A stretch of 64,000 nucleotides of DNA from Dicyema japonicum. Its lineage: Eukaryota; Animalia; Dicyemida. Of this stretch, positions 12,280-25,050 are shown piece after piece. A program made the position numbers and the translations under genes. The notes below the pieces were generated by a model. It was not told the DNA's origin. It did no database searches and saw nothing but the letters and a program-made list of their open reading frames with translations. The stretch covers positions 316,504 through 380,503 of the forward strand of contig RDEW01000042.1 in the NCBI GenBank assembly GCA_011109175.1, read 5' to 3'. Numbering within the stretch: position 1 is the first letter of the stretch; each line of letters begins with the position of its first letter.

Positions 12280-13723
12280 CCGTATTCTCTGGAAGTGTCC
12301 ATCGAGCAATATCTATGACTCGCAACTCAGAGCCGGAAAACCGGATTCCATCTCCACTATGGAACTGAGGCATCTTGGCCTTGTAGCGCTTAAATGTTAG
12401 CTCTAATATTTAATACGTCGATAAATACGAACTGTATCCGGAATTTTGGAAGAGTACTTATAAAATTAATTCGGAATGCTGGCAATCCCGCAGAGGAACC
12501 TTCATCATATAATCCGATATAAATCCTATGCGTGACTTAGAGAATTCTTTGAAGGATTGTCCTCGATAGTATTCTAGATGACATCCTTATGTTTGTCTTT
12601 CAAGAGTTCCAAGCTAACCATTCAACTTGTACACAATTGACGACCCTCTCACAATTTATCATAGAAGGATTTAACTCACCAAACCACATTTAAGGGTTGT
12701 CTTGTTTCTTTTGACATTACCAAAGCAGTAGTCCCAGAAAAGTCTCTAAGGAACATGATATTTGAAAGGATATCCACCCTAACATGTATAGATGGCTCAC
12801 TAACTTTCTGAGCGGAAGGCGTGGGCGGTAATCTCAACATGTGAACTCAAGGACTCGCTTTTTCTCGTCCCCACGATTGTCAACATGCCACAGTCCACAG
12901 ATGAAAACTGTCTCTTCTTTTCATATGCAGACGACATGGTCATTACTACAAGAGACTACGAAGTCTCCGCTTTAATGGTTCAAGGAGTGCTCAATTCCTT
13001 AACTCAATGGTTGGAAGACTAAACCTGGGGGTGTCAACTACAAAATCATTTTTTTAATTTATGACTCTCTTTACTGCGGACAAAATTATAAAAGGAGGCC
13101 AAAGACCATGATTAACAATGTGGCAATCTCTTTTTCCACCGCACCAACCATCTTGGGAGTGACGTTGACCAAGGACTTGGCAAAAATTTTAAGAATCGGA
13201 CCACTGCGGCACTTACTAGAATGAAGATCCTAAAAATAATTTCAAAACCCCTCGGAAGAAACTGTCCGCAATCCAGGAATCTACCAAAATGGTCGCAACT
13301 TGAAGTCTGCCCCTCTGGAGGCAGTTTTGATTAGACGACAACAGAAGATTGTGAGGGCAGCTACTCTGCATAACTATGAAGCCATGAACAAATACTTTAA
13401 AAGTCCATTACTTACAAAATAACCACATGTCTTTTCTGGAGAGTCATCTAGGATTTTTCTCCACGTCCGATAGGACCTCCAACTTGTCGGGCTGGGGTTA
13501 CTTAATTAAAGATTGTGAGGGCAGTTACTCTGCATAAATATAAAGCCATGAACAAATACTTTAAAAGTCCATTACTTACAAAATAACCACATGTCTTTTC
13601 TGGAGAGTCATCTAGGATTTTTCTCCACGTCCGATAGGACCTCCAACTTGTCGGGCTGGGGTTACTTAATTAAAACTTTCTATTTTTCTTTTTAACCCGG
13701 TGATCATGGGGTAATAATAATAA
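12280..13723 (+). mobile_element. Degenerate APE-type non-LTR retrotransposon (RT to 3' end, (AAT)n tail)
   Basis: NFLSGR, FSYADDMV, PTILGVTL; ends VGLGLLN / GVT*, a terminal hairpin and AAT repeats; 3' part tandemly duplicated. Confidence 0.8.
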
Positions 13724-15089
13724 CCTGAATCAGGAGACGCTCAGTGTTGGCAGTCATATAAAGATCCCTACTCCGATAGAGGAGTTCCACGTTGGTTAAT
13801 ATTGATGATGTTTATAATTGGAAAGGATGCGTCTTATTCTGACAGTGAAAACTGGATTAAACCTTTTTCAGCTATATCCGGGGTAATTAAAAAAAAATTT
13901 TGAAGGACACATATTTTCCGCCCACATGTGATTTACATTTTCAGCTTCCTGATGGAAATCTTCATCCCACAATATGACTGATGTCTTCACTGAGCATAAA
14001 GCGGAAAGGTAATTTAAGCACCCTGTCCTGATGCGAGTAAAAATTGCCATGCAAATCTATACGGGGGTTGGTCTATGCAAATCGGTTTCACCGAATGAAG
14101 AAAGGGGGTTGGGATCTATCTTTATAGCAGAAAGAACTTAAACTTGTAGACATCACTTAGGACGTGAAGAACCTTATGGGGGAAACGATGATGGGGAAGA
14201 GATCATACCCACTAGAAGACTGCATATACAGACTATACCGACAAACCACTGCTTTTACTATCGAATATGCTTGTGTCTCTCTTAGGTTCGCAGTCTCCGC
14301 TTCGACGTTTGCCAAAATCAGCTCATTACAAGAATACTTTACTCTTTATGGGAGAGAACAGTATATGTATTAGGATGGCTCGTGAGGGAGTTTATCTGAG
14401 AAGGGGAAGAAAAGTAAAACGCTTTGATACAGCAAACAAATCGTGTAGACGGGGACGTAAATGACTGTACATGATACATGGAAAGAATTTGAAAGAGTCA
14501 ACTGGATGATCTTCAGTGTATTAGTTGATTGAGATAAGTGATGTCAAAGGTGAGAAGAGATTTGAATCCAATAACTCATCTAATAACTGAAGACGACATG
14601 GAATGTGAAGAATTTTAGACAACCAATAATGATTATTAAATGGACTATAAAGTCCTTAAACCAATGTTTTGTGTCCGCTAAAGAGAAAGAGACAAAAATA
14701 GGCGATCAAAAGATCTACACAGAAAGTGTTTTAGAGAAGGGCGAGTGCTTCCTCAAAATACTCAAAATAAGTTACTAAAAGTGCTCGGAATGAGCGGCGT
14801 AGTCTTTAGCCTGTCTTTCTAACTAATAAACTGTATTTTTTCCCTGAAATACTAAGTTGGGTTAAAAGACTCCATTAATACGAATAGATGTTCTATTTTG
14901 ATAGAAGAACCAAATATTGTAAGTCTCCAGTATGACAGTCAGTTCCCACTTTATCTTTCATACATATAGTCATTTTCAATGCTACTCAACCACGTAGATC
15001 AATTTAAGAGCATCTTCTAAGAATCTAACATAACTACCACTTTATTTTACAAAAACAATTTTAATTTCACATTTTAATCGAGTCTATCT

Positions 15090-16080
15090 TTTCCTCCCAA
15101 AGAACAATGAATAAGTAATATTACATAATCACTTCTGCCAATGAGGTCCATTCCCTTATAAGCAGCTATAATTGTCGTGACTTTGCTTTAAATCATAAAA
15201 ATCCGAGCTACACTATGCAGGAAGGCCCATTCCGTCCTTGAATTAGCCATCCTTCTGTCCATTTATGGTTTTTCAGAGTTGGCCATCTCGTTTTTATGTA
15301 CTTGTCTGCTTCCAAGATACGTTTCATTGAACAGCAGGGAGAATCCTAAAATAGATATCACGACCTGTCTCTACCATTATTCTATCAACAGGTAGCCATT
15401 AAACCCTTCTGAGGTTTTCAGCAGTTTTCAAGGAACTGAAAGTAAAAGAAAGTGAATTACCATCGGTTATCTCAATATACAACAAAAAATTTTGTATTTC
15501 CTGCAAATATCACGGTTTCCGTCAAATGAGAGCACAGAAAAAGTATACTTGGTGAGTAGACCACTTCTCTTTTCTACCAAATGTCCCTATGCTTCTTCAA
15601 AGTGTCAATCAAATCGTCATGACTGTCCCTACAATGTAAGAGGAGAGGCTAGTTATGGTCGGCGAAGGCGGCGAGTTGTTTTTCACGCCACTAAGAAATA
15701 AGGGGAATCGAACATTNTCAAATGAGAGCACAGAAAAAGTATACTTGGTGAGTAGACCACTTCTCTTTTCTACCAAATGTCCCTATGCTTCTTCAAAGTG
15801 TCAATCAAATCGTCATGACTGTCCCTACAATGTAAGAGGAGAGGCTAGTTAAGGTCGGCGAAGGCGGCGAGTTGTTTTTCACGCCACTAAGAAATAAGGG
15901 GAATCGAATATTAGTTTATCCTCGATAAACCAAAAAATTGTTCTTAGATAATGTTAAATTGGGAGTGACTGTAAACAAGAACAAGTTCCCCCGCAGTCAT
16001 AACCTTATCCGTGTTTTTCATAACAATTTCTTTCAGTTTCAGTAAATCACCAGAGTAAATCAGGTTAACGCTAATGTCTA
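15090..16080 (-). pseudogene. TATDN1: TatD-family DNase (TATDN1-like) unprocessed pseudogene with tiny introns
   Basis: Minus-strand pieces in the correct order: KNTDKVMTAGELVL, EKQL..PLLLHCRDSHDDLIDTLKKHRD, VLSFDG, SLKTAENL, LPVDRIMVET|DSPCC, KYIKTRWP, HKWTEGWLIQGRNGPSCI, IIAAYKGMD. In-frame stops and frameshifts are present; an internal ~196-bp duplication is separated by a single n at 15717. Confidence 0.85.
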
Positions 16081-16639
16081 AATTTAATATTGAATGCAAA
16101 CCAATGTTATTTACTCATTGTTGTCTTCAATAATAGAAGTGGAAACTGGATAAACTTAATTAGTTGTTTACTTTACCTTTTTTCTCGGTGTATCCAGAAT
16201 CAATAAAAAAAGGGAACTGAAGACTTTTGGAAGTTCTAATTTATTCAAATATATTCAAATACACTCTTATTTTTTAAAATTATTCAAAAGATCAAGGGTA
16301 AAACCAATATAACTAATCACGTTATCCTGACACGTAACAGTAGTACAGAGATCTAGAGGACATTGCCAGCAAACCTGAGGTCAAAAACAGAGCTTGTCGC
16401 CAGGGAGCAAAATTATCTCCCAGTGGAATGAAGATATGGATCCTTGAAAATGCCTCCGAAGTATGGGCGTCTCTCAGGAAAGTGGATCTGATAACTAGCG
16501 ATAAATACGGGATGAAAGTTACCTTGCTTGTACTTTTTATTTATTAAGAAGATAAGGAGAAAACGCTTGATGTTTTTGCTCTTAAATATAAACAAATATA
16601 TAATTAATTTGAAATAATTTAGGATTGCTGGTTAATGGC

Positions 16640-17420
16640 TGTCGTTGCTGAGAAATGTCTCCATACCAACACCCTCTTTTCCCGGATACACAGTGATCCG
16701 TAAAGATCGTCAGGGAGGACGCGGAGGAGGACTACTTACTATTATAAAGAACGATATTTCTTTTATGGATACAACTCAACGAACCTCAGAGCTTCTTGGC
16801 ACCGACAAGACTTTGGAGCAGATTACTGTCAAAATCGTGTTATTCTCGTCCTTTTGGATCCAATTGGCTAATTTATATATTCCTCCACAAGGATCGTGTC
16901 CGTCATCTTACACCCCTGATTTATCACGCATTTCAACATTGAAAAATCTACTGTTATGTGAGGATCTTAATGCACGACATCCAGTTTAGCTCACTTCCCA
17001 ATCCTCTGATAACCGAGGAGAACACATTGAAAATTATCTTCCTGACTTGATTATACTGAACAAACCTAACTCACATACGAGGACCCCATTAAGGATGACT
17101 GATAGCTGCACATCCCCCGACTTAACACTATGCTTACCTTCTCTGGCTGGACTCATTTCTTGGAACGTCTTTTACGGCTTCTCCAGTGACCACAATCCAA
17201 TCCTTCTAAAATTGAGAGGTCTTCGACGATACAGGAGACGGCCGGCGGAATCAAAAAGATTCAAGGATTATACAAAAGTTGACTGGTCCGGTTTCAGTAA
17301 CCTTGTGGATAAATTCTTGGCCCGGAGATTATCCGCCCCAATACGCTCTATTGATGAGTCCGCAGAAATATTCAGCGCTGCCATTCAGAAAGCTGACCAT
17401 ATTTTTATTCCTTGGGACCT
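16640..17420 (+). mobile_element. Non-LTR APE endonuclease domain fragment
   Basis: PGYTVIRKDRQGGRGGGLL, NLYIPP, EDLNARHP, SPDLTL, SSDHNPI. Confidence 0.9.
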
Positions 17421-19249
17421 GCTAAATGTTGAATGCGACCATAAATCGGAAAGACAAAGTGCATCGCCATGTGGTTTTTCGTTAGTGGGTTCAGGAGGAT
17501 TATTAAAAAGCAGTTTCTATTTTATTTAAATGATTTTATATAAAACATGGACTACCTCACATGAATGAAGGAATTAAATGGAGAAATATGGTTATATGGG
17601 GAATACCTCACATGAATGAGGAATTAACTGGGGGATTAAGCATATTTTAGGGTTTGAACAGTTTATGCGTCCCTATCGTGTAGGTTGAGGCGGGGGACAA
17701 TGGCTGTTGTTTTGAATGATCTTCTCCAAAAAAATCCAGAGTGATCTCAAGAGTCCTTGGTCCGAATGCAGTGCCTCTTGTTAAAAAATTTAAAGTAGAA
17801 TTTGTTCGACTACATTTAGATCTTCAAATTCATACTTCTGCAAAAAAGTTTGCTCAAATAAAGAGAAATACTGAAGATTCACATAGCAGAATTTTTAGAT
17901 CTTTTCAATAAGACAAATATTATCATATATCCTAATAGTTAATGTAGAATTTGTTCGACTACATTTAGATCTTCAAATTCATACTTCTGCAAAAAAGTTT
18001 GCTCAAATAAAGAGAAATACTGAAGATTCACATAGCAGAATTTTTAGATCTTTTCAATAAGACAGATATTATCATATATCCTAATAAGACAGATATTATC
18101 ATATAATATTCATTATTGAAAAGAGGTGACTGTGAAAATCCCGGAATCTATGTCTGAGAAGATGTTTCTTAAGATAAAAACCCCTTATCAACGGTCAGAA
18201 TAAAAAAGTCCAAGACTTATAAATATCTTCAGTTTCATTTCGATTTTAAAGTACATTATTGCAGAATTGCTGAATCTAAGCACGTGACATTAATAATGTT
18301 ACCACAGTCCACAGTTTTGAAAATAATTACAATTTCTGTGTACAATTCGCATTGACAAACTTTAATAAAGAAATTTTTGGCAGATCCAATTCGACTAACA
18401 AAGGAATTGAAAAATTTAAGCAACCTTTTTGGAGTTACTAAAGAATCAGGTCGGAGTCATAATTGATGTAAGAACTTAGTTTTTTATTGAGAAGAGGTCC
18501 ATTTGGAATGAGTCAGTTAAAGACTGGGGACTTATGATAGTATATTCAACCTCATAAACACTATCTGAAATCGGAGATACTACCATTTGGTCTAACTGTG
18601 CACATGTATTATTACCCCATGTAAATGATCCATGGTACGGGAACCTCAGATGAAGAAGCACTCGCTTGGGCTTATATACGAATACTAGGAGATATCTCTG
18701 GAAGTTGACGAGGTACCACTTGTCATGATTCTACTGAAATAAACCACATGAACAACATCAACTGACTGAAAAGTATGAAAAGCATCATTTAAATTCTTGT
18801 TTGAATTTTAATCACAATTAGCGTTTGTAATTAATGAAAGTCTTTTTTCCGAATCAACTTCGATTGAATCTTCGACCTACCATAATATTAGGTTGAGGTC
18901 TGAAATAAGGTTATACACCACCGACTGGAAATCTAGAGAAAGATGCTCGGAGAGCAAATGGAGATATCTGGGAGTGGTTTAGATTCGTTTTGTCTCAAAA
19001 CTGTGCATACTTGTAGGAGAGGGTTATTTAGAATGACGAGGGTTTAAATTTCTAACGAGACACACTCCCCTCGTTTATACAATTTAGCATCGGTAGACCA
19101 ACAAGATTCCTGTCATTGAAATCCCCGTACACGATTATGTTCTTCAGGGTCAAGATCCAAGAGAGATCAGGTTAGTATCCTTTGGAGCAACTAGGTTACT
19201 TAATTATTTGTTTAAAACCATAGACTACTAAAAAAGTATTAACTTAATA

Positions 19250-19500
19250 ATTTGGTGATCCCAGCCTCCAACATCTCTCGAATACTCTTCGAATTCTCCC
19301 AGCGATATAACTACACAACAGAAGTATTTTCTTTTATGTCTGCAGATAACTTCTATTGGATTCTATAAGTTTTTGGAAGCTAAAATTTTTCCACTTCAAT
19401 CTAAGAATAATATATGCGGATGGCCTGGATTTTGTTTTCTAGGAAATCAATGGTATCAGAATTGCAAGTAACTCTTTCTCCTCTATTAATTGCGATTTCT
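19250..19500 (-). mobile_element. Possible Penelope-like element fragment
   Basis: SADIKENTSVV resembles the PLE pre-RT (P)ADKG(N)xxVV motif. Confidence 0.3.
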
Positions 19501-21384
19501 GATGCGTAGTCGTTAATTGATACGTCCTTACAAATGTTCATGTCTTCTGATGGTGACATAGATATGTTTAGTTCAGAATAAGAGTTAATCATGGTATCCA
19601 AATAAAAAGGGACAAATGTGAGCTCAATTCTATTGCTGATGTTACAGAATGACTGACTTATTAACTTAAACAGCTGACCTAATTTCACTATTCCGATTAG
19701 ATTGTAGATCATACTCATTACAACATGATGAATCTATCGACTTACAGAAGGCCTATGATTCTGTTTCGAGAAAACTCATAACGCAAAAAATTTTTAATTC
19801 CAACTTATCAGAACATCAAACTATGGCAGGAAAAATTAATACAAAATTACTTCAAAAGGTCACCAAAATGTTGAAACAAGGATTAAAAATAGTGCTAATG
19901 AATGCTTGATCCCTAAGGAAAAGGCATAATGAACTAGCATTAGTTTCTAGTGCCTCCAAGATCGACTTCTTGGTGGTCAATGAGATGAAATAAAAAAATC
20001 GAAGTGTAATAAATTGACGGCATACAATTCCGTGGACGTTTTATGGATGGCTTGAGCAGTTGCTGTAAGTGAACGGCTATTTTCTACCGCGACTGCCTCT
20101 GAATTCGTAATACAAAAGTCCATTGTCATTTATTGTGTGATTTTGTAAGCATGGACGTTAATTGGCGAGGAACATGGATTACTGTTGGAGGTCTATACTC
20201 CTAAGAATCTTGAGATTTGTTCTACAGATATCTCTGAGTTCTACAACTAGAATCCCTATACCATCTTAATGGCAACCTTAATTCGAAGAATACTAGTTCT
20301 GGTTTGCGAAGACAAATCAGGATAGACGGCGTTTATAATTATTATCTGATTCACGTGGCTTTCTGATTTTTACATCAATGACCTAAATCATTTTTTATCA
20401 TATTGAAAACAAACCCGGCGTATTTCTAGTATCGACAGCTCTATCTGTCTATTTGGGAATGTCCAAAACTCTAGTTTTCTTGAGGTTCAACATATCACAT
20501 TTAGGTTATGGTTACTATAGTGATTTGATGTCTAATAATGGAAAGATTAACGGATTGTATATGAAAGGTTGAGGTTGCGAAGATATATGTAAAAATCCCT
20601 ATTTTTGGAAATACTCTCGGTAGATAATGTGTCCGAAGTAGGGGCAGAAAAGATTTTATAAAATAATCCAGACGGGGGCAAATGCATGACCAAGAAAACA
20701 CCTTCGATATTCAGGGATCAGATCAAAAAATTCAGGGTGTTGATCCGTGGAGTTTGACACCTGATGACAAAAAAAGTTGTGTGNNNNNNNNNNNNNNNNN
20801 NNNNNNNNNNNNNNNNNNNNNNNNNNNNNNNNNNNNNNNNNNNNNNNNNNNNNNNNNNNNNNNNNNNNNNNNNNNNNNNNNNNNNNNNNNNNNNNNNNNN
20901 NNNNNNNNNNNNNNNNNNNNNNNNNNNNNNNNNNNNNNNNNNNNNNNNNNNNNNNNNNNNNNNNNNNNNNNNNNNNNNNNNNNNNNNNNNNNNNNNNNNN
21001 NNNNNNNNNNNNNNNNNNNNNNNNNNNNNNNNNNNNNNNNNNNNNNNNNNNNNNNNNNNNNNNNNNNNNNNNNNNNNNNNNNNNNNNNNNNNNNNNNNNN
21101 NNNNNNNNNNNNNNNNNNNNNNNNNNNNNNNNNNNNNNNNNNNNNNNNNNNNNNNNNNNNNNNNNNNNNNNNNNNNNNNNNNNNNNNNNNNNNNNNNNNN
21201 NNNNNNNNNNNNNNNNNNNNNNNNNNNNNNNNNNNNNNNNNNNNNNNNNNNNNNNNNNNNNNNNNNNNNNNNNNNNNNNNNNNNNNNNNNNNNNNNNNNN
21301 NNNNNNNNNNNNNNNNNNNNNNNNNNNNNNNNNNNNNNNNNNNNNNNNNNNNNNNNNNNNNNNNNNNNNNNNNNNNNNNNNNNN

Positions 21385-21515
21385 AATTTTACCATAAAAT
21401 TTAATAAATTTGTCAAAAATGTCTAATACCTTTGCCACAATGTTTAATAGCTTTATCAAAATGTCTAGAAATTGTGTCAAAAGTTTAATAGCTTTTTGAA
21501 TAATGTTTAATTACA
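21385..21515. repeat. Degenerate ~21-bp minisatellite next to a gap
   Basis: Units like tttaatagctttatcaaaatg; same family as 49725-49885. Confidence 0.65.
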
Positions 21516-22289
21516 GGTCAATTTGAGCGAAAATCAAATTTTAAGTGAATCTGGAAAGAGACTACACACATTGACACTTCAGAAGGTGACTCACAATAAC
21601 TAATCCTCTTGTTGTCTATCTGGAAGCTGCTCTTCGTAATCTGAGAGCTAAAAATTGACCTACTTCTATCTAAGAATTAAATATGCAGATGACCTGGATT
21701 TTAGTTTTGAAGTATGATGATATCTAATTCTTTTTCAAACAAGAGTACTGCAGTTCGTAATCTGAGAGCTAAAAATTGACCTACTTCTATCTAAGAATTA
21801 AATATGCAGATGACCTGGATTTTGGTTTTGAAGTATGATGATATCTAATTCTTTTTCAAACAAGAGTACTGCAGGGCAATTGAAATTATTTTTCAGACGA
21901 GTACTGCAAGGTAATTTAGTTGGTCTAATTTTGGAGAATTATAAGTGAAGTTAACACAAAGCAGTATGAAGTAATTAGCCTGAGTATGATGGGAGAATCT
22001 TTTGCTTCTTTAGAATCAAATAGAAGATATTGTTCTAAGTAACGAATTATCATCATTCGCTCTCTCGAATTGTTTTTTTGTGAAATATTAAAAGTGATCG
22101 CTTGATGACAAAATTATTTTTCTGTGCGATTTTGGCTACAGATTGATCTATCAGGACCAAAAGATTTTCAACATCCTAAGTTCTTTTCTATTTGAAAGTA
22201 AAAAATAGATCATATTTCTCCTTGACAGTAAAATTAGGTCGACCGTTAAAGTAATTTTAACTATATTTGATGACTATAGATGCGATTAG

Positions 22290-22502
22290 TATCCTTAATA
22301 TTATTCGCAACCAAATGTGGATGCCATGGTTTATACTGACCTTACCCCTCACTCTTATTTCTGGATCTGTGGACGTTAAGGAGGATATTTCCTTAATGAT
22401 CTAAATGACCGAATTAATCTGAAATCTCATTAAGATGTGTTTTTGAAAAAGAAAGAGTTACTTGAGAGCAATATGATGCTAGAAGATCTGCTTCAAGATG
22501 AT
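22290..22502. repeat. Dispersed ~200-bp repeat, also at 51425-51620
   Basis: Shared tatccttaatattattc...ggatctgt...aatgaccgaattaat...gtttttgaaaaagaaa...caatatgat...ctgcttcaaga. Confidence 0.75.
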
Positions 22503-24489
22503 TTTACGTTGATTTTTGTCATATTTCCATCAGCCTTGAAGTTGGGTTCGCTGAATTCCTTATGGAAGTTGTTCAGATTCAATACGCTCTCTTATAAACG
22601 CACGCTCATTCGAAGGTTCAACAACTGTCAGCGATCACAGAATGGTTATTGTAACATTCAGCCTGGCGAACCATGGTATCAAACATTAGAAACATAACAA
22701 CATTACAAACAATAATAATGAGAATACAAGAAATGGATACGCAACGGAAAAACTGATGTTTCATCCAGATACAGTCATAAATACCAAAAATATATCTGCT
22801 CTCATTAAAAAAACCTAACATTAGGAATTTCGTAGAATCGCTCGAAGAATATAATACACGAAGCAGCAAGCCAGTACCTCGGCACGCGGGAAGTGGCCAG
22901 TAAGGATCGGACGATAAATACAGAACTAGCAAAGGAATTAATAGAAATCCATACAAAAAACTAAACGAAATAAGAATATAACAAGAGAAAAGCCCTTCAG
23001 GGTAGAAAGACCAAATCCGTAAAAAAATCAGGATTTTGAACAAGAAACTCCACCAAGCAGACCTGCTTTGCAAAATCAATGAAATATCCAAACTAAGAGA
23101 TAATTCACAATTGTATATGGCCGCTCGCTTACTACGTTACACAAACCGGAAAAAACGAATAATCATCGAAGACAAAAATGGCAAGATACTACTGAATGCT
23201 GAATAGCAAGCGGAGATAATTGCAACACATCATGCACTCCATTCACCACCGACCGTCGATCCAAAGAAGGACCAGAAATCTTCACCGGACATACTCGAAT
23301 ACCTGTAAAAGGAAAACCCTTAATCCTGGAAATGACTTACGACAGGCAGCTTAAATTTACCTACCATGCCAAAAAAGTCCTCGCCAAAGGACTGCAGAAA
23401 ATAAATGTCACACGGGCTCTTAGCCAGAAACCCCAGTAATTATAAATCGCAATGGGACCGAGTTTCCGCGTCATCGACATATTACACTTCCAGAAACACT
23501 TGATGTAGTTCTAAAGCTTATGAAAAAATGTATAAGAAGTGGAAACGATTTGGACAAGTTGAGAAAACTGTCTTACGATCGAGGAATTTGCAAGAAGATT
23601 GTCTCGACTGCTGCACGAGTGCAATTTCATGCCATAGAGTTGCAACCTGAAAAATAAACTGCAGCGTACCCTCCTTTACTGTCCCTGTTGCAACAAACCT
23701 AATAGTCCATCTAATCGTCTCCCCCTCTAAGACAACTCCCAATCTCTGTCTCCGTTGAATGCTCCATGGTTGTCAGGGAAATCGGAAATAATCTTAACTA
23801 CTGGACTAAAAATCACAGAATTTACACATGAAAGCAAATCTAACAAAAACACTAAGAAACTAATCGTCATTCAACAAAAACTACAGTATCTCAATACAAC
23901 TTTCAAGGTCCATATATGATCATTATTATCACTGAGTTCAAGCGAATTATAGGTGACCACAAAGTTTTATCAACACGGACAGTATCAACAGCCCGGACGC
24001 TATCACATAAGACAATTATTACTAAAGTCTTGCGCATTTGTTACATAATTCGATTCATAAATTCCCAAATAATAAAAGTTGTTTCATAAATAATGACTTC
24101 TAAAAATAAATTTTTCAATTATAATGTGTAATTCAAAATTCCCTTACTAATGAGCCGCGAACCGTTGCCGGTCCATAGATCAATTGGTACCTAGTCGTGC
24201 AAGAAATAAAGTATTGAAATCATTTTACATATATGTGCTCAGTTTTTAAAGTGCTTTATCTCAGTTTGTACGCGTTGTCATTTTATTATTCATACGCCTT
24301 GCAAGATAATCAGTAGTGTTGTAAAAGTTAGTGTGTCTTATGAGTGATTCAGGATGTGATTGCTCAACAGCGGCTAGCTTCTTTTCTTGCAAGGCATTTT
24401 GAAAGGAATGTTTAAAGTAAATTTTAATAAAGTTGAATATTGGAGACAGAGTTATTCTACGAATGGACTGTGACTACAACGCAAACCTC

Positions 24490-25050
24490 GGCATCAAAAA
24501 ACCATCATGTGTTCCATTGACATATAAAAGGCTTTTGACTCAATACTGAGGAAGCTGCTCACTAGGAAGATTTATGGGTCTAACATTCCGAACAACCTGA
24601 AAATTTCGTTAACTTTCTCAACGAACGAATAGGAAGAGTAATCTCCCATTCCACATCTTTAATCACTAAATTTCTACCAAACAGGGTCCCGCAAAGATCC
24701 CCTTCTCTCCAAAGTCTATTCAACTTATTAATGAGCGACATGCCTTCCTACAGTTGCGACGATGCCCTATTCTTGCTTACGCCGACGATTTAATCCTGGG
24801 AACAAGAGACCAATGCATCCACACAGCAGGTATTCGCTTACAAGATTCGCTGGATAGCCTAAACTGTTGGCTTACGAGGAACCAACTACACACAAGTCCT
24901 GAAAAGTCGTGCTTTATGATCTTTACTTACAACAGAAGATTGACTAACTCGGCGCCTCCATTGACCCTAAGTGGAATAACAATCGCCTCCACAAATTCAA
25001 CCAAAAAACTGGGGGTCACATTTGACCCACTAATGACTATCAGCTAACAT
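24490..25050 (+). mobile_element. Non-LTR RT fragment
   Basis: SIDI*KAFDS, RVPQRS, ILAYADDL, SPEKS, KLGVTFD. Confidence 0.88.
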
